Shown here piece by piece: positions 19,911-33,204 of a stretch of DNA of 64,000 bases (positions within the stretch are counted from its first letter, which is position 1; the number at the start of each line of letters is the position of its first letter). The notes under the pieces are model-generated. The model did no database searches, was not told the DNA's origin, and saw only the letters and a list, made by a program, of their open reading frames with translations. The translations under genes were made by a program, and so were the position numbers. Origin of the DNA: a virus (lineage: Duplodnaviria > Heunggongvirae > Uroviricota > Caudoviricetes); the IMG/VR virus record IMGVR_UViG_2851976983_000001, positions 1 through 64,000 of that record. One strand, 5' to 3'.

Positions 19911-20614
19911 CAGCGCACCTCACCATCTTTATGGCTGGAGTTAACTTCCGCCATTAAATGTCCGACGTAATCGACAAGAGAGCCACCTGGTGGAATCTGG
20001 CATTCCTCAACTAACTGGAAGTAGATATCCGCTGCATTACGTGTATTACTACCCTCGCATATTCTTTCTTCCCGAAGTGCATGAAGTTCGTTGATCAAAC
20101 GGTCACACTCTCCGTTACGCTGATCCACAACGGCCTCAAGCTCTGCGACGCGTTCACCTGGCGTCTTACCTTCTTTGCGTTGGATGGTAACGACGAAATC
20201 GCCAATTGCAGGGACGTTGTAATCCAGCTCAAGGTAGTTTTTGGCACCGCTGCGGACGAACTCACCCGCGAACATGGTGGCGAACATCGCAGAGGCCACT
20301 TCGCCGTTGAAAAGTGACTCCAGATCTAACGGAGTCCCGGCAGCAAGAGCCTCTTTTGCTGTATCCATTGCATCCATGAACCGATCAAACTCACTAGCGC
20401 GCTTTTCCAGGTCTTTCCATTGCTCGCTCCAACGTTTGGCAACGAAGTCTATGAATGTTTTCGCGGATTCATCAAAATCCCCCTCAAACTTAACGATGCC
20501 TTTATCAATAATGATCTGGCCTACCGCATCCTCTGCATAACCTTTCAATGTAAACTTGAAAGGAAAATCAGAATGGCCTGTGACGTTAAAATGCTCTAAC
20601 TGGAGGTTGTTCAT
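19910..20614 (-). CDS. hypothetical protein (234 aa)
   Basis: Start MNNLQLEHF preceded by AGAGAAAAACAC-ATG motif. Confidence 0.5.
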   Translation of the reverse strand: MNNLQLEHFNVTGHSDFPFKFTLKGYAEDAVGQIIIDKGIVKFEGDFDESAKTFIDFVAKRWSEQWKDLEKRASEFDRFMDAMDTAKEALAAGTPLDLESLFNGEVASAMFATMFAGEFVRSGAKNYLELDYNVPAIGDFVVTIQRKEGKTPGERVAELEAVVDQRNGECDRLINELHALREERICEGSNTRNAADIYFQLVEECQIPPGGSLVDYVGHLMAEVNSSHKDGEVR

Positions 20615-20675
20615 GTGTTTTTCTCTTATCGTTTAGTTATTACATTCTTACACAAATTAAGTAAGTATTTACCTA

Positions 20676-21476
20676 TCATTTAACGCGTTTGAAAACGTAT
20701 ACGCTGACTGTGATCCCTGTGTCTTCAAACTCGTTGGTAAACGACTTCCCTCTGGCATAAACGTAATTATCCATCGTCATCCAGTCCAGTATTGGCGCAG
20801 TGCCCGGCAATACTGCTACAAGACGCCCGCCGACTTTCAGATGCCCCAGCGCAGCCAGCGTGTGCTCTCTATGACGACCAAGCGAGTACGGCGGGTTCAT
20901 AACGATTTTGTCGAACTGATAACCTGCGTTGTCCTCAGACCACTTTATGAAGTCGCAGCAAATCGTGTTCGTATACCCTTTTCCACGCAGGATATCAGCG
21001 AAGAGAGGTGCGATTTCTATGCAGGTAACATCTTCCAGATCGGCGTTAATATAGGCCAGAAGATCCCCACGTCCGGCTTGAGGCTCCAGCAGCTTCTCAC
21101 CAGGCTTCAATTCAGTGGCTCTGGCAACGTACTCAGCAATCAAGCGTGGGGTAGGGTAGAACTGGTGTGATTTTGTATCCGGTATTAAACCGGTAGCCAC
21201 AATCGTATTTAGCGTATGGCCGATGTCATACGGGAACTGCCAGTGCTTTTTCTCCTGCACGCCGCCAATGAAGCTCAGTGTGCGCTCAAGCTCTTCCACC
21301 TGCGACTTCTGGAGAGCTGAATCAGAGAAGTACCATACGCCTTTGTCTTTGCTCAATCGCCCGTCACGAAGCGCAGTGCGAACCGGCACGGAGATCGTCT
21401 TCTGGATTAACCCGAACTGCTTTGGTGCCCGTGTTTTTGGCGCAGTTCGGCATGGCGCGGGGATTGCAGCAGGCAT
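20676..21476 (-). CDS. N6-adenine DNA methyltransferase (orphan)
   Basis: Motif I LLEPQAGRGDLL and motif IV NPPY; start set to MPAAIP (21476); the track ORF extends by GTG toward the IS. Confidence 0.7.
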   Translation of the reverse strand: MPAAIPAPCRTAPKTRAPKQFGLIQKTISVPVRTALRDGRLSKDKGVWYFSDSALQKSQVEELERTLSFIGGVQEKKHWQFPYDIGHTLNTIVATGLIPDTKSHQFYPTPRLIAEYVARATELKPGEKLLEPQAGRGDLLAYINADLEDVTCIEIAPLFADILRGKGYTNTICCDFIKWSEDNAGYQFDKIVMNPPYSLGRHREHTLAALGHLKVGGRLVAVLPGTAPILDWMTMDNYVYARGKSFTNEFEDTGITVSVYVFKRVK

Positions 21477-21537
21477 ACTGTAAGCCAGCACCTCATTCAA
21501 CTTCCAGGCCACGTCAGGATGTATTTCAAAGTGAACG

Positions 21538-24908
<3,371 letters not shown>

Positions 24909-25137
24909 ATAACACCTCTGATACCGTGTGTTAGCTTTTGGCCTTCTTTCAATCTGAACTCCGTATGCGCCGGGAAGGATCTGCGCCTCAATACGCCTTT
25001 TCTTGTTAACCTTCCAAGATAAAACGCTACGGGATTTCCTTGTGGCGGGTAGGGCTTGTGAAACATCACCGTCTGGCCTCGTTCAAGTCTTTTCATCGTG
25101 ATGGCAAAGTCTCGAAAGCTCCCATAACGACTTTGCT

Positions 25138-26223
25138 TCACACAGCCTCCGAACTCTCCGCTTCGGTGAGGATTTCCTGACACAAAATATCCAATTTGCT
25201 CAGATCAAATCCGCCGTCAGTATCGTGGACAATCTTGCAATAAGCAGATACCGACTCTCCCAGGCTATCGATTTTGCTGGTTTCAGTTGTGCTGGCTGTC
25301 CCTTCCATCATTGATGACTTACGGATGAAGTTGCACACGACACCTTTTGCACCCATTGTTTTGAGGATGTTCTGGTACTTAATGCCTTCTTCATCGTTCT
25401 CAATTACGGCGCGGAAACGCACGTAGTTGCCGCGAATTTGGTCATCAGCAACATCATCTTCCAGGTTAATGAATTTAGGCGCACTGGTTTCGTAGTGACT
25501 GAAACTGCCGTCCGGGTTTACGATCATGTAGCCAGCCAGAGATCCAACATCTCCCCAATTTTGATGAGTCAGTGCACCGACACTGATAACTCCAGGAATG
25601 ACCTCTTTGTGGTTGTGGTAATGCCCACTAAGCACGAGACGAAAGCCGATATCCTTTAACTCCAGCGCATCGATACCGACGTCAGGCATTGTTGGAATGG
25701 CTTTGTTAATGGATGTATGGATAACAACGTCATGATTATCACCTTCTACGCTCTTACGTAATGCTTTCAGATCGCTGATAAGCTCCGCATGATTGTTACG
25801 CCAGCTAATCAGGTGGACAGTCACATCACCAATTTTTATTGAGTGTGGGCGCTTGCCACATACGATTACCACGCCGATAGAACTCAGCGATGCTGCTGCG
25901 TTGGCGCTATATACTGAATCGTTGGTTTCAAGATCGTGATTACCGGCCAGCATTACTACTGTCAGATCAAGCTCGTTGATAATCCACTTGTACGTTTCAG
26001 TTACGTAATGCAAAACAGAAGGGGACACAGTTCCTCGGACGTGAAATGTATCACCGGCAACCAACATGTACGTACAACCGGCCTTCTTCATGGCGATGGC
26101 TGCTTCTTTCGTTGCTTCCAACTGTATTTCAAGTCTGGAGTTAAGCCCCTCAGCGTTCGTCGTGGAGAACGCATCCCATTTGTGGTAGTGGCAGTCAGAA
26201 ATGACGCCGTATGGCAAAGTCAT
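25138..26223 (-). CDS. SbcD/Mre11-like metallophosphoesterase (T4 gp47-like)
   Basis: Motifs GDTFH, GNHD, SGHYH; start preceded by GGAAAAACAC-ATG motif. Confidence 0.8.
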   Translation of the reverse strand: MTLPYGVISDCHYHKWDAFSTTNAEGLNSRLEIQLEATKEAAIAMKKAGCTYMLVAGDTFHVRGTVSPSVLHYVTETYKWIINELDLTVVMLAGNHDLETNDSVYSANAAASLSSIGVVIVCGKRPHSIKIGDVTVHLISWRNNHAELISDLKALRKSVEGDNHDVVIHTSINKAIPTMPDVGIDALELKDIGFRLVLSGHYHNHKEVIPGVISVGALTHQNWGDVGSLAGYMIVNPDGSFSHYETSAPKFINLEDDVADDQIRGNYVRFRAVIENDEEGIKYQNILKTMGAKGVVCNFIRKSSMMEGTASTTETSKIDSLGESVSAYCKIVHDTDGGFDLSKLDILCQEILTEAESSEAV

Positions 26224-26477
26224 GTGTTTTTCCTTTGTGGTTATTTTGATACAAATTTTAAGAGCAATGAGAAGGTAAACAACTATGCATAACGGTATGT
26301 TAGGAATGAAACGAGCGCCTTAATATACAAAATTTATAAGTAAGTATATACCTATTTATCGTGGCGCAACTTTGCTTGTCTGTATGACTAAAAATAAGAC
26401 AGGATCACTGTAGAACGCTATGAGAGCTATTTTGAGGGGGCGTAGATTCTATCTACGCCAATATACGATCTGGAGGG

Positions 26478-27122
26478 TTACAGCGCGTCAGTGGGCTTTT
26501 TACGCGCTGCGTTTATGCTTATGACGCCAGCTTTTGGACGTGGGTCAACAAGGTTAAGCTCTTCTTCGCTGTGGTATTCGAGGTCGAACTCACGTTTTAC
26601 ATGTCTGATGTAGATTGCTGTGAGCAGGCTATCTTTGGTCAGAAAGTGTCCGTAGGATTTGCGGATCACTTCTTCTACCTTCTCGATTTTCTCACCACCC
26701 ATACAGAGATGATTAAACCGGCTGTGTTTCCGCAACATTTCGTCTACTGGGCCTGAGTAAACCTTGTCTACTTTCCCAAAACGGATGATTTTCCCTGTGT
26801 CTGCGGATACGAGGCAAATCAGCTTGTCTGGTGATAAACGATCTCGCCACGTCACACCTGAACGGAGTGTGTTGAAGTAGGGAGCATCCAATCCGATGAT
26901 CGGTTTACGAAATGCGAGTAATGGAACGTACCTGATGCAACTGTTTAAATGAAAATTCACACCAGCCTTATCAAGTTTAATTCTGGTTTCGTAGATCGGG
27001 CACTTCGCCGCTATACCGCAGATGTCACAAAGCAACTTCTGCTTATTCAGGTTGGAATTTGATTCGATAGTGTAGGAGCCGTCTTCAAGACGACGAACCC
27101 AGCGCGTGCGTTTTAGATCCAT
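26478..27122 (-). CDS. hypothetical Cys-rich protein (214 aa)
   Basis: CDICGIAAKCP cluster; no family recognised. Confidence 0.45.
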   Translation of the reverse strand: MDLKRTRWVRRLEDGSYTIESNSNLNKQKLLCDICGIAAKCPIYETRIKLDKAGVNFHLNSCIRYVPLLAFRKPIIGLDAPYFNTLRSGVTWRDRLSPDKLICLVSADTGKIIRFGKVDKVYSGPVDEMLRKHSRFNHLCMGGEKIEKVEEVIRKSYGHFLTKDSLLTAIYIRHVKREFDLEYHSEEELNLVDPRPKAGVISINAARKKPTDAL

Positions 27123-27200
27123 ATGTCATTTTTCTGTGATTGTTAGCCGAGGCAACGATAACCCACCAGGTGCGCCGAAGGTAGTAAATGCCTGTTTTAA

Positions 27201-27290
27201 TTATTCACATATCCACAGGATAGATCCTAATAAAGAGATCCATAGATAGATCCTTGTATAGATCAAATAAGATCCCCGATCGCTGTAAGC
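27201..27290. promoter_or_regulatory. origin-proximal DnaA box and GATC cluster
   Basis: TTATTCACA at 27201-27209 fits TTATNCACA; six GATC within about 60 bp with (A)GATCC repeats, as in P1 oriR by my recollection. Confidence 0.55.
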
Positions 27291-27322
27291 CGCGCCACGA
27301 CTGGTCTGAAGCCATGTTCATG

Positions 27323-27423
27323 TATGCTGTCAGCGGTAATTGATAGTCTGTCAACGGTTCGCCGTATGCTGCCAACTGTTTTTGGTATGCTGCCAGCGGC
27401 AAATCAAGTATGCTGTCAGCGGT
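27323..27423. repeat. RepA iterons, upstream set (4 copies)
   Basis: GTATGCTGTCAGCGGT-type 16-mers at 27323, 27364, 27385, 27408. Confidence 0.8.
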
Positions 27424-27443
27424 TGAATGACAAAGGTGTCCAC

Positions 27444-28538
27444 ATGTCCACAAAAAATAAAAAAGGTAAAAATAACAAAGAAGTAGAAGATAATCTCGAC
27501 AACTTTGAAGAAGGTTCCCTTGAATTGTACACAGGGGAACTTGTCCCTAATAGCAACAATACAGTCCAACCAATTGCGTTGATGCGGCTGGGATTGTTCG
27601 TGCCCACGCTCAAGGGGACAAAATACAGCAAGCGTAACAAGCCAAATGAGATCGATGCTTCAAAGGAGCTTGTTCAGCTCGAAGTAGCCCGTTCTGAAGG
27701 CTATTCCGATATCAAGATAACCGGTCCTCGTCTCGACATGGATCATGATTTCAAAACGTGGGTGGGCGTTGTGCGTTCGCTGGCAGAATACGGCGAACCT
27801 AACGGTCGTGTCGAGTTAAGCATCACGAAATTTGCGAAGTTTTGTGGCTATCCATCGTCACAGATCCGCAAAACACTCCGCGACCGGCTTACAAACAGTC
27901 TTTTGAAGATCATGCGTACAACTCTGTCTTTCCAGAGAACGTATGAAGAAAAGAACGTCGACGGCTCTAACAAGATCTCGCTTCTGATGGTGCACCTCAT
28001 CAATAGCGTGGACTACAACGAGCAGAAAGATACGGTGGTGTTCTATGCAGAACCGAAGCTGGCCGAACTATATCGCTTTGACCATAAGGTTCTTTTGCAG
28101 TTAAAGGTTATCAATAAGCTACCACGCAAAGAAACAGCACAGGCTCTGTACACCTTCATCGAAAGTCTTCCAACCAAGCCTGCGCCGGTATCGCTTGCTC
28201 GATTGCGTGCGCGACTCAATTTGAGTAGCAGGAATGTCAGCTCGCAGAATCAGACTATACGTAACGGCTTAAAAGCTCTCCAAGATTTGGGCTATCTCGA
28301 ATACAGCGAGATTAAGCGAGGGCGGTCGATCTATATCCAGATTCACAGCCGCAATCCAAAACTTAAAGTCGCACCGCCAAAACCTGAAGACATCGAACCC
28401 AAAAAACCAGATGAGAAAGCCGGGGAAATTGATGCTAAACAGAACATTATCAACAAGATAACTGAACTTTCGCAGAATTTGACGCCTGAAAATATCAAGA
28501 TGATTGAGATCCTTTCCAATAGTCTCAAACTGCTTTGA
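27444..28538 (+). CDS. repA: iteron-binding replication initiator RepA (P1/P7 RepA family)
   Basis: Segments NSNNTVQPIALMRLG, KITGPRLDMDHDFKTW and HSRNPKLK match P1 RepA as I recall it; iterons on both sides; start at MSTKNKK with AAAGGTG RBS. Confidence 0.8.
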   Translation: MSTKNKKGKNNKEVEDNLDNFEEGSLELYTGELVPNSNNTVQPIALMRLGLFVPTLKGTKYSKRNKPNEIDASKELVQLEVARSEGYSDIKITGPRLDMDHDFKTWVGVVRSLAEYGEPNGRVELSITKFAKFCGYPSSQIRKTLRDRLTNSLLKIMRTTLSFQRTYEEKNVDGSNKISLLMVHLINSVDYNEQKDTVVFYAEPKLAELYRFDHKVLLQLKVINKLPRKETAQALYTFIESLPTKPAPVSLARLRARLNLSSRNVSSQNQTIRNGLKALQDLGYLEYSEIKRGRSIYIQIHSRNPKLKVAPPKPEDIEPKKPDEKAGEIDAKQNIINKITELSQNLTPENIKMIEILSNSLKLL

Positions 28539-29070
28539 TATGCTGTCAGCGGTGAAATGTATGCTATCAGCGGCTATTTTTCTGAAAAGTATGCTGTGAA
28601 CGGTTAAAGATATGCTACCAGCGGTATAGTGAGATAAACGTATGCTGTGAGCGGTAAATCATCTATCACCACTCAATGCTCTTTTATACCTCCCCAGTGG
28701 TTACTAACCTCGAAGAGTGCATTCCATATAGGTTTGCGCTCACTAACATTCTATTCCCATTGCGCTGATTACTTGTAGTGAAAGGTATTTATTGCCTGCT
28801 GCTCCCTGATAGAACGTATGCTGTCAGCGGTGTTTTATTGAGGAATTTTTGTTTGGATATGCTATCAGCGGTAATTAATGGCATATATCAGACCTTCGTA
28901 TGCTGCCAGCGGTAATTTTGTTCTGGTTATACCCATACCGATACACATTATTCATGCAATGTCTTAAGTATGCTGTCAGCGGTAAAAAATCGAGTAAAGT
29001 ATGCTGTGAGCGGTGAGATAGACTCTCGATATGCTATCAGCGGCAGTTGATTGTGTATGCTGTCAGCGGT
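28537..29070. repeat. RepA iterons, downstream set (12 copies in two clusters)
   Basis: (G/A)TATGCT(G/A)(T/C)(C/G)A(G/A)CGG(T/C) at 28537, 28559, 28589, 28610, 28641, 28816, 28857, 28898, 28968, 28999, 29030, 29055; begins at repA stop codon. Confidence 0.8.
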
Positions 29071-29117
29071 GACGACTATGAAATATGACTGCGGAACGTG
29101 CCGCAGTCAGTTTGCAT

Positions 29118-29330
29118 TTAGTGTATTTTCTTCAACAGACCCCAAAGTGTTCCGGCTTTTGTAGTCAGTTTTCCTGTTTCTGGATCGTACATACGCCATT
29201 CACGCCGCTGGTGGACGATATACCCATCTTCACGTTCCAGACGCTCAAGAATGCCAGGCTGCTTGAAACCCTTAGCACGCCAGTATCCGCTTGTTTTCTC
29301 GATTTCCAGACCTGCCAGTGTTAATGCCAT
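29118..29330 (-). CDS. hypothetical small protein (70 aa)
   Basis: ORF in co-directional string after the iteron array. Confidence 0.4.
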   Translation of the reverse strand: MALTLAGLEIEKTSGYWRAKGFKQPGILERLEREDGYIVHQRREWRMYDPETGKLTTKAGTLWGLLKKIH

Positions 29331-29665
29331 TATCCAACCTCCTTGCAGTCATCGAAAAGGTAGCTTTGCTGAGAAGCGTGAACGCCATAGAAGCCCTTGT
29401 ATTTGTTGTATACGAAGTGGTCTTCTCCGACGCCGGTTAATTTGCCATTACGGTTTGTGAGATATGGGGATGACAACACTCGATCGTCACGCACAACATA
29501 GAACTGGTCGCCGCTGTCTACGACCATCGCTCCATATGGTGCTTTTATGACGTCGGCAAGAGCGCCATTCTTAACGTCGGCTACAGACATTTCACACTGA
29601 TAAACAGTGGTGTCGGCCACAACGATCGAGGAAAGGAACAACAGAGTGAATGGGATGGCCTTCAT
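29330..29665 (-). CDS. secreted hypothetical protein (111 aa)
   Basis: N-terminal signal-like MKAIPFTLLFLSSIVVA. Confidence 0.45.
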   Translation of the reverse strand: MKAIPFTLLFLSSIVVADTTVYQCEMSVADVKNGALADVIKAPYGAMVVDSGDQFYVVRDDRVLSSPYLTNRNGKLTGVGEDHFVYNKYKGFYGVHASQQSYLFDDCKEVG

Positions 29666-29839
29666 GCTGCCACCTCTTTGATTACATCAAATGCTGAATT
29701 AAATACGAGCACGATAGCCAAAGCGTTTATGACTACGTCGTTCACCGGGGAAAAGACTTTACGAATGACACCGGTGAAAATGCAGTCGATGACAAAAGCT
29801 ATTGAAACGATGAGTAACAAGTATTCAATAAAAATCTTC
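29663..29839 (-). CDS. small membrane protein (58 aa)
   Basis: Hand translation MKIFIEYLLLIVSIAFVIDCIFTGV...; ATGA overlap with downstream gene. Confidence 0.35.
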
Positions 29840-29880
29840 ATGATAGGTAGATACTAACTTATATAAATTTTACTGTAAAC

Positions 29881-30156
29881 TCACTCAAAAGTGCTGATGC
29901 TTAAAATACGCTCAAGATGTTCGGCATCTTCATCACTGATTTGTTGAGTCTCTTCTACGTACCAACAGTTGCCGTTATGCCAACAAACACCATCATCATC
30001 AACCATCACTGAATCAGCGTCATGACCTGTATATTCAACAAGAGTACGCTGGATCAGCGCGTCAGTTTCTTCGTCGTTAAGGCCATCGACTTTGATCATA
30101 AAAAGTGGAAACACGTCATAGACAGTGCTGGTAACGATTCGAACTAAAACTCTCAT
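29881..30156 (-). CDS. hypothetical protein (91 aa)
   Basis: Start preceded by AAAGGAAAAACAC-ATG motif. Confidence 0.45.
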   Translation of the reverse strand: MRVLVRIVTSTVYDVFPLFMIKVDGLNDEETDALIQRTLVEYTGHDADSVMVDDDGVCWHNGNCWYVEETQQISDEDAEHLERILSISTFE

Positions 30157-30211
30157 GTGTTTTTCCTTTTGTGGTTAGTGTTTACTTATTTTGTTAGTTA
30201 TGAATAGGCGA

Positions 30212-30637
30212 TCAATCTTCTTGTTTAGGGAAAAACTGTTCAATAACTCTGTCAACGGCTGTGTCTATATGGAGTAGATGCCACACAACCATATCTTTGC
30301 TTCCCATGCCTTGTGTGAATATCACGTCATACTTACGCCATGCGCAGTGGAACCAATATGCTGAGTCATCAATTGGTAAATCCTCTCCCGCCTCTTTGAA
30401 GTATTTCAGCAGCATTGCCTGCTCTGCCGTTGGCGTTGGACCTATTTCCTGAGCGTACATACGGATGAATCGCTGCCAGTCTGTCTCGTCGGGGGTTGGA
30501 TCTGGTGGGGTCATTTCTGCGATAGCGTTTCGTAGCTGATGCGCCCAATCAGGTTCAGGAAAGCCTTTTGCTACTTCATCATCAATAACATCCAGAGCCA
30601 CGTTTGCGGCATCGTAGAGTATCTTAATAGCTGTCAT
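30212..30637 (-). CDS. hypothetical protein (141 aa)
   Basis: ORF with AAACAAATTGTTTTCTT motif upstream. Confidence 0.45.
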   Translation of the reverse strand: MTAIKILYDAANVALDVIDDEVAKGFPEPDWAHQLRNAIAEMTPPDPTPDETDWQRFIRMYAQEIGPTPTAEQAMLLKYFKEAGEDLPIDDSAYWFHCAWRKYDVIFTQGMGSKDMVVWHLLHIDTAVDRVIEQFFPKQED

Positions 30638-30728
30638 GTTTTCTTATCCTTTTAAACAAATTGTTTTCTTAATAAGATAATTGCGATAAAAAAGGCGTCC
30701 AACTGGACGCCTGAACTTTTTAGGGGAG

Positions 30729-31559
30729 TTATTTCACTGTAATGAAAGGAGTGTTAGCCCCTTGAGTCATGTACTGCGGTAACTGGCCATTCCATTTATT
30801 GATGGCTTCCAGTTCCATAACGTTCGGGTTTTGACGCAGAGCTTCACCGCGCAGACGAATGGCGTCTGCTTCTGCTTGCGCACGAGCACGGATAGCATCA
30901 GCTTCACCATTAGCCTGTTCACGTAGCATATTCGCCTCAGCTTTACGCTGTTCAACTTCCTGCTGACGTTGCAGAGTACGCTGGTTAGCCGTTACTTTGG
31001 CGTTAATAGATTCAATGACGGTTTTTGGGTAATCAGGCTTTCCAACCCATGACAGGCTCAGTACCTCAATACCAACCGGAGACATCTCTTTCTGAATATC
31101 TTTCAGTGCGTTGTCCAGCAATTGTGCCTTACCACCGTCGATAAATGAGTCAGTGGTCATACGGCTGGCCAAACGGTTTAGAGAGTCGGCAATTTTCTGA
31201 CGCAGATCTGATTCGGTGATATCGTCTACGCCTTTGCGATAGGTCTGGAACACCGTCGTTACCTTGTCACGATTAACCAGATACGCAACGCCAATTTTGT
31301 GACCAATAGCAGTACCGTCACTCATCTGGAATGTGAACGGTTCGTCGTAGGTCTTCATTTGTTTGAAGGTCGGGAATACGTAAAGTTCGGTGTTAAGACC
31401 TGTCCATTGGCGACCAACGCCAACCACTTCACCAATCCCTTTGTCTTCACCTAATTTGTTTACTTTGATGCCAACGTATCCAGGCTCCACGCGATCACAG
31501 CCAGTAAGACCCATTGTGCAAATAGCCGCCAGAGCAACTGCAAGTAAACCTTTCTTCAT
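30729..31559 (-). CDS. lipoprotein, possibly SPFH/band-7-like
   Basis: Signal peptide with lipobox LTGC; central domain then Ala/Gln/Arg/Glu-rich coiled coil as in HflK/C-type proteins; family call tentative. Confidence 0.45.
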   Translation of the reverse strand: MKKGLLAVALAAICTMGLTGCDRVEPGYVGIKVNKLGEDKGIGEVVGVGRQWTGLNTELYVFPTFKQMKTYDEPFTFQMSDGTAIGHKIGVAYLVNRDKVTTVFQTYRKGVDDITESDLRQKIADSLNRLASRMTTDSFIDGGKAQLLDNALKDIQKEMSPVGIEVLSLSWVGKPDYPKTVIESINAKVTANQRTLQRQQEVEQRKAEANMLREQANGEADAIRARAQAEADAIRLRGEALRQNPNVMELEAINKWNGQLPQYMTQGANTPFITVK

Positions 31560-31562
31560 TAC

Positions 31563-31763
31563 TTATTTCCCCTTTGCTTTGATTAATGAGTTAATAAACT
31601 TACGACCACCAATAAGACCGATTACTGGAGCGCCAAAACCAACGAGAACTCCAAGCATGACGGCCAAATCACTCTTTGCAGAAATCAGCGACGGAACCAG
31701 TAATCCGTAGATGAGAGCCACTGAAAGGCCTGTGGCTACTGCCAATAGATAGATTTTGATCAT
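31563..31763 (-). CDS. small two-helix membrane protein (66 aa)
   Basis: Two hydrophobic segments; start preceded by AGGAAAACAC-ATG motif; directly upstream of the lipoprotein gene. Confidence 0.45.
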   Translation of the reverse strand: MIKIYLLAVATGLSVALIYGLLVPSLISAKSDLAVMLGVLVGFGAPVIGLIGGRKFINSLIKAKGK

Positions 31764-31855
31764 GTGTTTTCCTATGTGGTTGTTATGTGAAAATGATAAG
31801 TAAGCACTTATATATTTTCAAGAGATAAAAAAGGCGTCCTGTGGACGCCTTGTGT

Positions 31856-32929
31856 TTACTCTTCTACTGACTCGGTGGGATTGTCTTTTGATCTCCGGTC
31901 GTCGATTGCCTGTAAAGCCGCAATGATTTCAGCTAGTGGCTTCTCCCGATACATCTCGACGATCTGTGATTTGGTGTATTTCTTGTCACCAATTTCTACT
32001 CGACCGCTGGCGTTCTTTGGCAGGTATCCTTCTTCCAGCATGTACTCGACGAGCGACTCGATAACGTCGAGGCCACGAGTAGGATCGAAGTAGAATTTCC
32101 AGGTGCATTTGCCATACGGTGGTGCAACTTTGTTTTTGATGCACTCTGCGCCTACGTCCTGACCGATCTTCTCTTTCCCATCCTTCATCACCGATGCACC
32201 GAGACGGATGCGCACAGAAGCGTAAAACTTCGGTGAATCGCCGCCTGGAGACGTAGTAGGGTCGCCAAACATTACACCGATTTTTGTGCGAACCTGATTC
32301 AAGAAGATGATGCAGGCGTTGTATTTGCGTGCCCACAAAGCCAGAGTAGGGAAGTTCGCACTCGTCGCACGAGCCAGTGCCGTATTGTCGTTCATGTTTA
32401 GCTGATCTTTGTCTTTGGCTGTGCCTTCAGCCATCTTTTCGAACTTCTCGGCTTTGGAGTTCGGAACCATAGACGCAAGAGAGTCAGCCACGATACAGAT
32501 AGGTGCTGATTCGGGGATAAGCTCTTCATCACGAACCAATTTAAGTATTGTGCCGATCAACTCTACAGAGTCTTCGAAGGTATCTGGCTGCTTGTATACC
32601 CACTGACCGTCATCCTCATCTGCGTTCAGGCCATTGGCTACAGCCAGGCCAACGTCAAAACTGTTTTCATGATCGAGGAATACCGCCAGACCATCTTGTT
32701 TTTGAGCGGAGATCATCGCTGCTGTTGCAAGGAACGTTTTCCCCGCGCTTGGTGGCCCGAATACTTCTACGATACGACCACATGGGAAACCGCCATCGTA
32801 ACGACCGGAAATAGCTTTGTTTAACGGAGGAAAGCCTGTGTCAATCCAATGAGTTACTTTCTGAATTTCGTCGTTGCTACCGATTTTCTTTTTCAGAGCA
32901 AGTGCCAGTGCGGATTTTCCTTTTGCCAT
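31856..32929 (-). CDS. RecA/UvsX-like recombinase
   Basis: Walker A GPPSAGKT, RecA-fold core, Walker B-like CIVAD. Confidence 0.8.
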   Translation of the reverse strand: MAKGKSALALALKKKIGSNDEIQKVTHWIDTGFPPLNKAISGRYDGGFPCGRIVEVFGPPSAGKTFLATAAMISAQKQDGLAVFLDHENSFDVGLAVANGLNADEDDGQWVYKQPDTFEDSVELIGTILKLVRDEELIPESAPICIVADSLASMVPNSKAEKFEKMAEGTAKDKDQLNMNDNTALARATSANFPTLALWARKYNACIIFLNQVRTKIGVMFGDPTTSPGGDSPKFYASVRIRLGASVMKDGKEKIGQDVGAECIKNKVAPPYGKCTWKFYFDPTRGLDVIESLVEYMLEEGYLPKNASGRVEIGDKKYTKSQIVEMYREKPLAEIIAALQAIDDRRSKDNPTESVEE

Positions 32930-32931
32930 GA

Positions 32932-33204
32932 TCAGGCTCCTTTTGTTTCGTTGATTCGTTTTAAAGCGGCGGATTCGTCGAATACAATCGCATCGTGATT
33001 AAGGAGTCTGGATACACGAGCGAGGATTTTTACGACCTGCTCGCTGACTAATCCAAACTCGCGATCTGTCGCTTTCATTCCGGCAGCGCCTAGAATTGAC
33101 GGCAGTGCGATGACAGCGTACTCACCGTGATAAAAGACAATCTCTTTTGCCAGTTGGGTGGGGGTGGTTGTAGCGCCATTAATAATCGATTTAAGCATTA
33201 GCAA
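32932..33204 (-). CDS. hypothetical protein (90 aa)
   Basis: ORF between recombinase and exonuclease genes. Confidence 0.4.
   Translation of the reverse strand: MLMLKSIINGATTTPTQLAKEIVFYHGEYAVIALPSILGAAGMKATDREFGLVSEQVVKILARVSRLLNHDAIVFDESAALKRINETKGA

Noticed and set aside
20676-21512. 278-aa methyltransferase ORF starting at 21512
   Set aside because: That start is a GTG reached only because the frame stays open up to the IS boundary; an ATG with a GAGGTG RBS at 21476 gives a more plausible 266-aa product.
27323-29070. Short direct repeats with intervening unique sequence, superficially CRISPR-like
   Set aside because: Repeats are 16-mers with irregular spacing (5 to 150 bp), degenerate, and flank a RepA-type initiator gene on both sides; these are iterons, not a CRISPR array, and no cas genes are nearby.
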